A stretch of DNA of 64,000 nt, taken from Candidatus Krumholzibacteriia bacterium (GTDB taxonomy: Bacteria; Krumholzibacteriota; Krumholzibacteriia; Krumholzibacteriales; Krumholzibacteriaceae). Positions 9,568 through 18,035 of this stretch are shown here, in pieces. The translations under genes and the position numbers were made by a program. The DNA lies in NCBI GenBank assembly GCA_963836185.1, contig CAWIIQ010000001.1, positions 1,792,001 through 1,856,000 on the forward strand, written 5' to 3'. The notes below the pieces were generated by a model. It was not told the origin of the DNA, did not search any database, and was given only the letters and a program-made list of their open reading frames with translations. Numbering within the stretch: position 1 is the first letter of the stretch; each line of letters starts with the position of its first letter.

Positions 9568-11099
9568 CGAGACGCGCGGCGGCCTCAGGGATCGTCCTCT
9601 TTATGACTCTCGCCGCGGCCGGCTTTTGCGATGCCGGCCTGAAAGGAAGCGACATGGAACAGTCGATCCGGAAACCGGCAGTCGCCGGACAGTTCTACAC
9701 CTCTGATCCGGACGCACTTCGCCTGGAAATCGAGACTCTGATAAATGACGCTGTGCCACCTGACATATCAGGCGATATTCTCGCTCTTATCTGTCCTCAC
9801 GCAGGATATGTCTACTCCGGGCATGTGGCGGCATCCGGATACGCTCTTCTCAAAGAGGGACAGTTCGAGACTGTCGTCGTCATCTCTCCCTGTCATGTCG
9901 AGTATTTCCGCTTCGCCTCGATCTACGATGGCGACGCATACGAGACTCCACTAGGCCTCGTGAAGATCGACAAGGAACTCTCCAGGGAGATCGCCTCCTT
10001 GAGTGACTTCGTACAGATCGGGCCTGACGGCCACGGTACAGGTCCGCGCGGACGGGGCGAACACTCCCTTGAGGTTCAAATACCCTTCCTGCAGGTCGCC
10101 CTTGGGGATTTCAGGATCGTACCGATAGTAATGGGAGATCAGTCCGCCGACGTGGTCGATGGACTTGGAGCGGCTCTGGCCGGGGCCCTCGAGGGCCGCA
10201 ACATACTGATCGTAGCAAGTACCGATCTCTCACATTTTCATGATGATGGAACAGCAAGAAAACTGGACGGTGAATTCCTCAAGCAGCTCGAAGCTTTCGA
10301 CTCCGATGGTCTGAAGAGATCTATCGCATCGGGAAAGACCGAAGCCTGCGGAGGTGGCCCGTCAGCGGCAGCAATGATCGCGTCCGCAAACCTGGGCGGT
10401 CAAGGATGCACGGTTCTCAAATACGCGAATTCCGGCGACATATCAGGTGACCACGGAAATGTCGTGGGTTATGTATCGGCAGTAATAACCGGAAATCGTG
10501 CGGCGGTAGAATCCTGCATCCACGGTGGAAGCATCGGAGATGACGTCGACCGGGAAACGAGGCTGTTCCTCCTGCGTTACGCCAGATCCGTTATCCGGGA
10601 GACTCTCGACATGGATACTGAGGAGATCGAGAGACCCGATTCACCGATCCTCGGAGAGAAACGGGGAGGCTTTGTCACTCTGAAGAAGAACGGCAGACTC
10701 AGGGGCTGCATAGGTTATATCGACGCTGTCAAGCCACTCTACGAGACTATAGGCGAGATGGCATATTCGGCGGCCTTCAGCGATTACAGGTTTGAGCCTG
10801 TTTCCAGGGAAGAAGTCGATGAGCTTTCGATAGAGATATCAGTACTCAGCCCGGTGAGGGAGACCGAAGATCCATCCGAAATCGAGGTCGGCAGACATGG
10901 AATAATCATTTCGGCAGTGGGAAAAAGAGGGCTTCTGCTTCCACAGGTAGCAGTCGAATACGGCTGGGACAGGGAGACCTTCCTCGATCAGACATGCGTG
11001 AAGGCTGGCCTGCCTCGCGGATCCTGGAAGAAATCAGGGACCACGATAGAGATATTCAGTGCCGAGATCTTCTCCGAGGAGGAGTTGGGACTGCGGTAG
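9564..11099 (+). CDS. amrB: fused AmmeMemoRadiSam protein B (Memo) / protein A (AMMECR1), with signal peptide
   Basis: Start ATG 9564 (SD GGAGGA, ATGA overlap). Memo: RKPAVAGQFY, PHAGYVYSG, EHSLEVQIPFLQ, STDLSHF. AMMECR1: FVTLKKNGRLRGCIG, GLLLPQVA, CVKAGL. Confidence 0.92.
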   Translation: MTRRAAASGIVLFMTLAAAGFCDAGLKGSDMEQSIRKPAVAGQFYTSDPDALRLEIETLINDAVPPDISGDILALICPHAGYVYSGHVAASGYALLKEGQFETVVVISPCHVEYFRFASIYDGDAYETPLGLVKIDKELSREIASLSDFVQIGPDGHGTGPRGRGEHSLEVQIPFLQVALGDFRIVPIVMGDQSADVVDGLGAALAGALEGRNILIVASTDLSHFHDDGTARKLDGEFLKQLEAFDSDGLKRSIASGKTEACGGGPSAAAMIASANLGGQGCTVLKYANSGDISGDHGNVVGYVSAVITGNRAAVESCIHGGSIGDDVDRETRLFLLRYARSVIRETLDMDTEEIERPDSPILGEKRGGFVTLKKNGRLRGCIGYIDAVKPLYETIGEMAYSAAFSDYRFEPVSREEVDELSIEISVLSPVRETEDPSEIEVGRHGIIISAVGKRGLLLPQVAVEYGWDRETFLDQTCVKAGLPRGSWKKSGTTIEIFSAEIFSEEELGLR

Positions 11100-12498
11100 A
11101 TATTTGCACATCCAGGTATCTATAAAACTCCAAAGGCTTCGAAAGCAGACCTGAGTGTAGATTTTCAGGGTTCTTTTGTCCGCATTCAGGATAGAATACA
11201 TCGGCCTTTCTACGCTGCGTATATTGCTTTGTTACATATTGTTCTGCGGCTTCTTTAATGTACTGCTCCATGTGCTTCTTCCCGTAGGCCCTCTCGGCCT
11301 CGAGCCGGTTGTGCTTCCCGCACAGCAGCCTGAGATTCTCCGGTGAGTCGTCCCCGCCCCTGGCAAAGGGGACCTTGTGGTCTATCTGCAGGTCCCACGT
11401 GGACCCGCATCTCCTGCCACCGGGGGAGAGAAAGGAACATCGCCCCTTGTCCCTGGCGTATACCTCGTCACGGACCTTCCGGGGGATATGACGGGATTGA
11501 TCAGGGACCTTGTCTGACCTGGGGTCCTGTATATTCGATTTTCCTGCAGCCGTCCCCGATGATCCCTTCTCGGCCCTCTTCTCCCGCTTCTCTTTTCTCC
11601 TGATCCTCCCCTCAGGGCTTTGTCTTTCGATGTACTCGTCCATCAGAAGAGAGAAGAGCTCGCCCAGCTCAAGATGCCTGTGATACTTCGAGGAGAGAAG
11701 AGAACGGACCCTCTCGACCTTTCGCATGAAGTCCGGATCCGCTCCGAACGTGACCTTCAGCCTCTCCTCGAGAACCACTGTCTGCGCGGCGAAGGGCCTG
11801 CTGCCAGTATCAGGGCTGGCTGCCGGCCCTTCGCCGCTGCCAGCTCTGCTCCCCTTCGAAGTGGCAGGATCTTTACCGCCACCGGTGGCGGTGGAGAATT
11901 TACCACCCCCGTCTAATGTGTTGTCTCCGAGGCTGTTGCCATCGTTCGTCTTGTCTCCGTCACTCATGCAAGCGCCATCTCGGACCTCGAGCAGAGTTTT
12001 TACATATACCGGGGTGACCCTGTCTCGGATAGCGCTCTTAGGCCTGCGGCTGCTGACAAGAAGCTCGACCTCTCTCTTCGAGGCTCCCTCTATCCGGCAA
12101 AGAAGATCAGAGACATTCTCCGGTGTCATGATCCTGGTGATCATCGCGAGGTTGGTCATGCTGACCTTCCCGCAGGAGAGCGAGCGGTAGACAGCCGGGT
12201 AGTCCCTGATGCACCTGGCGATACTTATCCTCCTGCCGGCCGTGGACTCGGAGTATCCGAGACGCTCTGTGCAGAACTCATAGAGAGAGCTGAAGCCGAG
12301 AGGAAGATAGAGCTTTCTTCTGTCTATCTCGATCAGGTGGACGAGGATAGAAAGCACGGTCTTTCTCTCAGTCTCAGAGAGCTTACGTATACCGGATAGA
12401 AGGGCCCTGTTTGAGAGAGACTTCAGGGCTTTTGCTCCAGGGATGGTCTTTGTGGATCTACTGCTGGAACGGATCGAGCTCTTCGTCGTCCTCATCAT
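11056..12498 (-). CDS. DUF222-like N-terminal domain + HNH endonuclease (likely selfish/mobile)
   Basis: LIEIDRRKLYLPLGFSSLYEFCTERLGYSESTAGRRI; SRHIPRKVRDEVYARDKGRCSF..RC..LQIDHKVPFARGG..NLRLLCGKHN; SD GGAGG favours ATG 12498/12495. Confidence 0.85.
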   Translation of the reverse strand: MMRTTKSSIRSSSRSTKTIPGAKALKSLSNRALLSGIRKLSETERKTVLSILVHLIEIDRRKLYLPLGFSSLYEFCTERLGYSESTAGRRISIARCIRDYPAVYRSLSCGKVSMTNLAMITRIMTPENVSDLLCRIEGASKREVELLVSSRRPKSAIRDRVTPVYVKTLLEVRDGACMSDGDKTNDGNSLGDNTLDGGGKFSTATGGGKDPATSKGSRAGSGEGPAASPDTGSRPFAAQTVVLEERLKVTFGADPDFMRKVERVRSLLSSKYHRHLELGELFSLLMDEYIERQSPEGRIRRKEKREKRAEKGSSGTAAGKSNIQDPRSDKVPDQSRHIPRKVRDEVYARDKGRCSFLSPGGRRCGSTWDLQIDHKVPFARGGDDSPENLRLLCGKHNRLEAERAYGKKHMEQYIKEAAEQYVTKQYTQRRKADVFYPECGQKNPENLHSGLLSKPLEFYRYLDVQISTAVPTPPRRRSRH

Positions 12499-12562
12499 CG
12501 TCACCTCCGGGTGAGATCAGGCTATTTATCTCTGCCCCCCATTTGCCCTCTCCATCGGGGAC

Positions 12563-12571
12563 ATTATAACA
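12563..12571 (-). promoter_or_regulatory. perfect extended -10 for the HNH gene
   Basis: TGTTATAAT about 65 nt upstream of the HNH start. Confidence 0.6.
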
Positions 12572-12740
12572 CGGACTTCTGGCGGCAAAACAGATGGCCC
12601 GTGGCGCCTCGCCGGGGGCCGGGATAAGCCGGATGCCGGAATCTTCGAGAGAGGCGAAGAGAGGGGCGCTGAGGTCCGCCTGGCGGCGTAATCTACGGCG
12701 GGCACGCAGGTTGGGGAATCGGGCCCGAAAAAGCCGTCAA

Positions 12741-12882
12741 GGATTATTTTTGGTTTTTGGGGGATATTATTGATTATTTTGAGGATTACTTTTGGGTTTT
12801 CCGACGACTATTCTGGAGTTATCTGGAGTGCTTTTGGGGTTTCGGGATTGCTTTGGGATCTTCGCGGGATATTTCGAGGAGG
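12741..12882. repeat. degenerate ~20-22 bp tandem array (about 7 units, GGATTRYTTTTGGRKTTY-like)
   Basis: Units start near 12741, 12762, 12783, 12805, 12825, 12845, 12866; strongly G/T-biased plus strand. Confidence 0.55.
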
Positions 12883-12915
12883 AGCAGGTTTGAATCCGGG
12901 AAGATAAGGATGGAT

Positions 12916-15147
12916 TCAGTGAACCGGTGTTATTTTCCGTACAAGCAGTAGTGCCGACACTAAGTGGGTCACTGCTGCAACGGCAGCTGTCCAGTCGAGT
13001 CCTGAGAGCGGTATCAGAAATGTGCCTGCAAGCAGTCCCCCCGCGCATGCTCCGAACATGTCCCATGAGTAAAACAGAGCCGGGGGCGCCCCCCTCTTTT
13101 CGGGCCATGCGATCTCCACGACTGTTCGGTAATAAGCCCCGGTGAGCAATCCTCCCGCCAGGGACAGGAACATGAATCCAGCCATCCCAGTCAGATGCCC
13201 GGACAGCTCCGCAGCCTGCAGGCGAAGCCATACAGGGACGAGAACTGCGCTTATTCCCATAAGAACATGGAAGACGACAAGGTTCGATTTCCCTCTCTCC
13301 TGCAGCTTTTTCGCGAAATACGCACCCAGCGCGGCACCCGCCATGAAAAGTGCCGTCAACATCACGAGTGAATAATAGAGAATCCCCGTGAAAGTCTGGA
13401 ACGCGAACATCAATGAGATCTGTACAGTCATGCTGCACGATCCGGTAAGAAATACGGCAGATTTTGCGGCTGATCCACCTCCCGAAAAGGATGCAAGCAG
13501 TATCGCCGCTGTCAGGAAAGCAATCGGGAACACCCATTGAGGCAGCTGGAGCATGCCTTTAAAAAAGTCCGCCGAAGAAGAGCCCGCTCTGCGGCCGTGA
13601 AGGATCAGCTCACGAGTAACGAGAACAGGATGCAGATCGGTGTTGATCATATCCGGCGCAGATTTCAGCACAGAAGCGAGATGGGCCTTTCTCTCCCCGG
13701 ACAACCTCCACACCAGCTCATCGAGCGACAGATAGTGCCCGCCGAGCCTTCTCTCCCGCAGCCTCGCCAGTATGGATCCCGTATTGACCGGGCTGTCAGA
13801 GGCAATAAAGAACACCGTTCCCCCAGGCACCATATCGACATACTCGAATGAAGCAGCCAGGGTCTGCCGGATCGTCCCCAGGACGGCCGCGTTTCCCTCC
13901 GAGATATAGTTTTCCGAGGAACTGTGTCTCAGCGTCAGTATTCCTCCAGGAGCGAGGCTTCGTCGGGCCGCTTCGAAGAATTCCCGTGTATAGTACCTGT
14001 TCCATCTCAAATTGACCGGTTCAGGAACATTCACGATGATCACGTCATAGAGACCCGATCCGCGCAGCATGAACCTCCCGTCGCCGGTCAGATTTTGCAC
14101 TTCTTCGGATATATCAATTATTCTTACCCTGTCTGCAAGGATCCCGTATCCCGTACGCCACAGGCAGTCGTCTAAAGCTTCAGAAATGTTGCCATCGAGT
14201 TCTATCCAGTCGACAGACTCTACGCCAGGATGACTGAGCGCCTCTTCTGCTCCCCCTCCATGCCCGCCTCCGATAAGAAGCACCGCCGAAGGACGACTGT
14301 GAGCAAGCAGGGGAATATGAATCCTTTCTCCTGCTGCCTCCGCATCCGGATGACTGAACAACCGGGCTCCCCCGGAGAAGACCGATACGATCTCCCTGTT
14401 CCTTGTAACGCATAGTTCAGAGTACCGTGAAGGTACGATCTCCATTACCTCGTACCCGCTGAATACGAGCGACATGCTGGCTCTGTCGATAAACGGGGCT
14501 GCCATGTAACCGATAGCCGCGACAAGGAGGACGATCACCCATCCGAGCCTTCTTCCCTTCTCCGATGTAAACAGAAAGACCATCGTTACGATCGCAGCCA
14601 CGGCGAATCCCGCCGCAAGCTGCGTAAGGTATGCGAATAAAAGAAGAGAGAGAAGCACACCTCCCGCTATCGATCCAGCGGCCTCCAGGATATAAGCCGA
14701 AGCTATGCCCGTGGAAATTCTCTTTCCCGGTTCCTTCGTCACCGCGCTAGCGAAATTGTAAACCGCACCGTACAACAGGCCGAACGGCGCAGTAGAGATC
14801 AGGATCAATCCAGCCGCGGGAAGTATATCCGGCAGAGAGCCGGGAGGATCGACGAGCAGGCTCCTGGCCACACGGATAAACAGGAGGACAATCGGGACTG
14901 ATAGTGCAATTGACACCGAGAGACCAGCAAATGTTTTTTCGACCGGGACAGATCGAGGCCGGAGAAGTCTTCCGCCGATGATGCCGCCGGCTCCGATCCA
15001 GAACAGCCATGAGGCGAGCGCGAGCCCCAGGATCAGCTCGGTGCCGGTTATGATCCCGAGGATCTCCCGTATAAACAGAGTCTGCGCACAAACGGCGCAT
15101 GCTCCGAGAGCGATGATCCTGGCTCGTCTGGATTTTCTGTAATTCAT
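12916..15147 (-). CDS. membrane-bound spermidine-synthase-like protein (fused MFS-like TM bundles / SAM-dependent domain)
   Basis: N- and C-terminal TM bundles flank VLLIGGGHGG, WIELDG, GDGR, YDVIIVNVPEP, NRYYTREFF, NTDLHP. Confidence 0.85.
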   Translation of the reverse strand: MNYRKSRRARIIALGACAVCAQTLFIREILGIITGTELILGLALASWLFWIGAGGIIGGRLLRPRSVPVEKTFAGLSVSIALSVPIVLLFIRVARSLLVDPPGSLPDILPAAGLILISTAPFGLLYGAVYNFASAVTKEPGKRISTGIASAYILEAAGSIAGGVLLSLLLFAYLTQLAAGFAVAAIVTMVFLFTSEKGRRLGWVIVLLVAAIGYMAAPFIDRASMSLVFSGYEVMEIVPSRYSELCVTRNREIVSVFSGGARLFSHPDAEAAGERIHIPLLAHSRPSAVLLIGGGHGGGAEEALSHPGVESVDWIELDGNISEALDDCLWRTGYGILADRVRIIDISEEVQNLTGDGRFMLRGSGLYDVIIVNVPEPVNLRWNRYYTREFFEAARRSLAPGGILTLRHSSSENYISEGNAAVLGTIRQTLAASFEYVDMVPGGTVFFIASDSPVNTGSILARLRERRLGGHYLSLDELVWRLSGERKAHLASVLKSAPDMINTDLHPVLVTRELILHGRRAGSSSADFFKGMLQLPQWVFPIAFLTAAILLASFSGGGSAAKSAVFLTGSCSMTVQISLMFAFQTFTGILYYSLVMLTALFMAGAALGAYFAKKLQERGKSNLVVFHVLMGISAVLVPVWLRLQAAELSGHLTGMAGFMFLSLAGGLLTGAYYRTVVEIAWPEKRGAPPALFYSWDMFGACAGGLLAGTFLIPLSGLDWTAAVAAVTHLVSALLLVRKITPVH

Positions 15148-15530
15148 GTCAGGGAATGCTGATCGCCGTAGTAGTCTTCCTCGAACACCTGTTTAAAATC
15201 AAAGACATCGTCGAAATCCTCGATCGAGTCTTTCTCGCTGTTCTCAAGGAGCCCCGCGTCGAGCAGGCCGAAGACGATGTTACCGATATCCCGCGTAGTA
15301 TATATACCCCAATGGTTGAGCACCTGCTTCGCCATCGGGCCGAATTGCCTTGTGGCGATCTCTCTCAATCCATCGAGAAGTTCTTCCCCTGATATATGGT
15401 CAGTGGCATGAAGCATCTCGATGGTAGACTCGACACCGGAAAGTACAAATCGCCAGGCGTACTTCTCGTACCTGCCGTCTGATCCGGCTGCCACATCGAC
15501 CTCCGGCCACCTGTCGGAATCGTGTCTCAA
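15144..15530 (-). CDS. Minf_1886 family (Planctomycete/Verrucomicrobia conserved) protein
   Basis: HISGEELL, QFGPMAKQVLNHWGI, DIGNIVF, DSIEDF. Confidence 0.85.
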   Translation of the reverse strand: MRHDSDRWPEVDVAAGSDGRYEKYAWRFVLSGVESTIEMLHATDHISGEELLDGLREIATRQFGPMAKQVLNHWGIYTTRDIGNIVFGLLDAGLLENSEKDSIEDFDDVFDFKQVFEEDYYGDQHSLT

Positions 15531-17149
15531 TCTGCCATCCTCTCCCTGTGCCCGAAAGTGCTGGCCGGTCCCCTCCCGGATCCCCTCTTGAGGATCGTGC
15601 CCTGTGCCCGCGAAGGATCGCTGTCGGGCCAGTCCATATTGTAATGCAGTCCCCGCGACTCCTTTCGCAGCGAGGCCGATTCTACCACGAGCGAGCTTAC
15701 CAGTGCGATATTCCTCAATTCCACCATATCACTGGAGATCCCGTACTCATCGAAGAGCATCCTTACTGTCTGCCCTATCTGCCCGATCCTCTGCCGGGCC
15801 AGATGCAGGCGCTCGTCTGACCTGACGATTCCGACGTAATCCCACATCACTCTCCTGACCAGGTCCCAGTCGTGATCCAGTATTACAGTCTCGAGGACCT
15901 TCGGATCAGCAGCTACGGGGATATCATCTTCGACCGGCATGTATTCGTCTTTCCCGGTCCTCCCCGCCAGCAATGCTGCGCAGCGTGCGGCGCCAACGAG
16001 TGATTCGAGTAGCGAATTGCTCGCGAGCCGGTTGGCTCCATGGCAACCGGAACAGGCCACTTCACCGATTGCGTAGAGGCCTTCCAGTGCTGTCGTCCCG
16101 TCCAGTGCAGCCTTCACTCCTCCCACCATGTAATGAGCGGCGGGTACCACGGGTATCGGTTCGGAGCTGATATCTATCCCGAACTCAAGGCATGTCTCGT
16201 AGACAAAGGGGAATCGCTGCCTGAGCCATTCACCGGGCCGGTGAGAAATATCAAGGAGAACGTACTTGTCCCCACTATGCTTCATCTCACTGTCAATCGC
16301 CCTCGCCACTATATCTCGCGACGCAAGCTCACCACGAGGATCGTATTCCTTCATGAACTCTCTGCCATCGAGGGAACGGAGCACCGCACCCTCTCCCCTG
16401 AGCGCCTCTGAGATCAAACGGGATTTGGCATCCGAATGGTAGAGACAGGTCGGATGGAACTGGACGAACTCGAGATTCTCTATCTCTGCTCCGGCCGCAT
16501 ATGCCATCGCTATACCGTCGCCGGTAGCGACATCTGGATTCGACGTGTAAAGGTAGATCTTTCCGGCCCCGCCCGTAGCGAGGACAGTGTTCGAGGCGAG
16601 ATATGTATGAATACCCCCGTCGCCGAGTAACGCATGACAGCCTCGCACCCTGCCCCCTCCATCGACGACAAGATCGACCGCGAGCCTGTCTTCTTCCAGT
16701 TCAATGCGGGGATTCGACGCACAAGCCCTGAGCAGAGTCTCTTCAAGTTCCCTGCCGGTCAGATCGCCGTAGTGAACGATTCTCGGGCGAGTATGCCCTC
16801 CCTCACGGCCGAGCCTGAGGTTCCCGCTGCTGTCGTCCCTCGAGAACCTGACGCCGAGATCGATCAGTTCCTCGATCCTGTCCGGCCCCTCGCGGACCAT
16901 GATCTCAACCGCTTCCCTGTCACAGAGACCGCGCCCGGCCTCGATAGTATCTTCTATATGCAGCTCAAACGAATCCCTCACCCTGTCCATTACGGATGCT
17001 ATCCCGCCCTGGGCATATCTTGTATTCGACTGTTCGGCCTTTTTTTTTGTAAGTACCCGCACATCAGCATATTCCGAGGCCTTCAGGGCAAAGAAAAGCC
17101 CCGCGGCACCGCTTCCGATCACAAGTATGTCACTTCTCACCAGTTCCAT
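15527..17149 (-). CDS. nadB: L-aspartate oxidase
   Basis: IGSGAAGL, SNTRYAQGGIA, REGGH, FVQFHPT, PAAHY, HGANRLASNSLLE, ESRGLH. Confidence 0.96.
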   Translation of the reverse strand: MELVRSDILVIGSGAAGLFFALKASEYADVRVLTKKKAEQSNTRYAQGGIASVMDRVRDSFELHIEDTIEAGRGLCDREAVEIMVREGPDRIEELIDLGVRFSRDDSSGNLRLGREGGHTRPRIVHYGDLTGRELEETLLRACASNPRIELEEDRLAVDLVVDGGGRVRGCHALLGDGGIHTYLASNTVLATGGAGKIYLYTSNPDVATGDGIAMAYAAGAEIENLEFVQFHPTCLYHSDAKSRLISEALRGEGAVLRSLDGREFMKEYDPRGELASRDIVARAIDSEMKHSGDKYVLLDISHRPGEWLRQRFPFVYETCLEFGIDISSEPIPVVPAAHYMVGGVKAALDGTTALEGLYAIGEVACSGCHGANRLASNSLLESLVGAARCAALLAGRTGKDEYMPVEDDIPVAADPKVLETVILDHDWDLVRRVMWDYVGIVRSDERLHLARQRIGQIGQTVRMLFDEYGISSDMVELRNIALVSSLVVESASLRKESRGLHYNMDWPDSDPSRAQGTILKRGSGRGPASTFGHRERMAD

Positions 17150-17308
17150 GGCCTGATGACCTCCTGATTGAGATAATATGTGTTTCCAGTCGCAACGTAA
17201 AGAAGTGCATTATGCATATTGCAGGCTCCTTCTCTACCGCATAGTTCCCAGGACTGATATAAGCAACTGCTATTACTTCATATACGTATGTAGCCATCAG
17301 CGTAAATC

Positions 17309-17324
17309 TGGCACAAACATTGCG
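17309..17324 (+). promoter_or_regulatory. sigma54 (-24/-12) promoter
   Basis: TGGCACAAACATTGCG matches TGGCAC-N5-TTGC, upstream of SD AGGAGG and ATG 17378. Confidence 0.75.
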
Positions 17325-17377
17325 TAGTGAGCGTTGAAACACCATGTAGCCAGTAAATTACATCAGGAGGTTACCCG

Positions 17378-17998
17378 ATGTCAGTGAGGAAGATGAGTCT
17401 TTTCGCAGTCGTAATGCTTATGGTGGGCGCCATCATTATGGTCGGCTGTGACAACAAACCGGACAACTACACTACCCGTACGATCGTATACGTAAGTTAT
17501 ATGAACGACGGGATGCCCTATCTCTGCGACGTCCTCAGCCAGGGCGATTCGCTTTACTACCAGGATACTGAGGACTACAAATTCACGGATGACTTTATTA
17601 CCGAGGACAGGGTAAAGGTCATATTCCACAACAGGCCCTACAGCGGCCTGCTCGAGCCGGGCGGATCACTTGGTGATTTCCTTGTCACCGGCTATACAGT
17701 GGAGTTCACGTCGACCGACGGCAATCCTACGCCCCTGCCGCCGTTTACAGGTAACACCAGTGTTCTGATCCCTGAGAACGAGATGATCGAGGCGTGGATC
17801 GTTATCGTGCCCTTCGATGCCAAGACGGTCGATCCCCTTGTCTCGATGCAGTACACGAACCTGGAGATCTATACGAACGCGACGGTCACGTTCAGGGGAC
17901 ACGAGATCCAGACAGACAGAGAGATCACGTTTACAGCAGGTCTCCACGTTAACTTTGGCGATCCACTTATCACAAAGAGCAACGAGGATGATTTCTAA
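17378..17998 (+). CDS. lipoprotein of unknown function (beta-rich)
   Basis: Lipobox MVGC; strong SD; own promoter and terminator. Confidence 0.8.
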   Translation: MSVRKMSLFAVVMLMVGAIIMVGCDNKPDNYTTRTIVYVSYMNDGMPYLCDVLSQGDSLYYQDTEDYKFTDDFITEDRVKVIFHNRPYSGLLEPGGSLGDFLVTGYTVEFTSTDGNPTPLPPFTGNTSVLIPENEMIEAWIVIVPFDAKTVDPLVSMQYTNLEIYTNATVTFRGHEIQTDREITFTAGLHVNFGDPLITKSNEDDF

Positions 17999-18035
17999 TA
18001 GACACGGCTAACAGGGTAACCGGTGTTTTATAAAT

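Noticed and set aside
12741-12882. CRISPR array next to an HNH nuclease (Cas9/IscB-like)
   Set aside because: Units are degenerate with no constant repeat plus unique spacer; the protein shows no RuvC motifs or PLMP N-terminus; no cas genes
12757-12951. 64-aa ORF over the repeat array
   Set aside because: TTG start without SD; the F/W/G-rich sequence is a by-product of the G/T repeat; it overlaps the convergent gene
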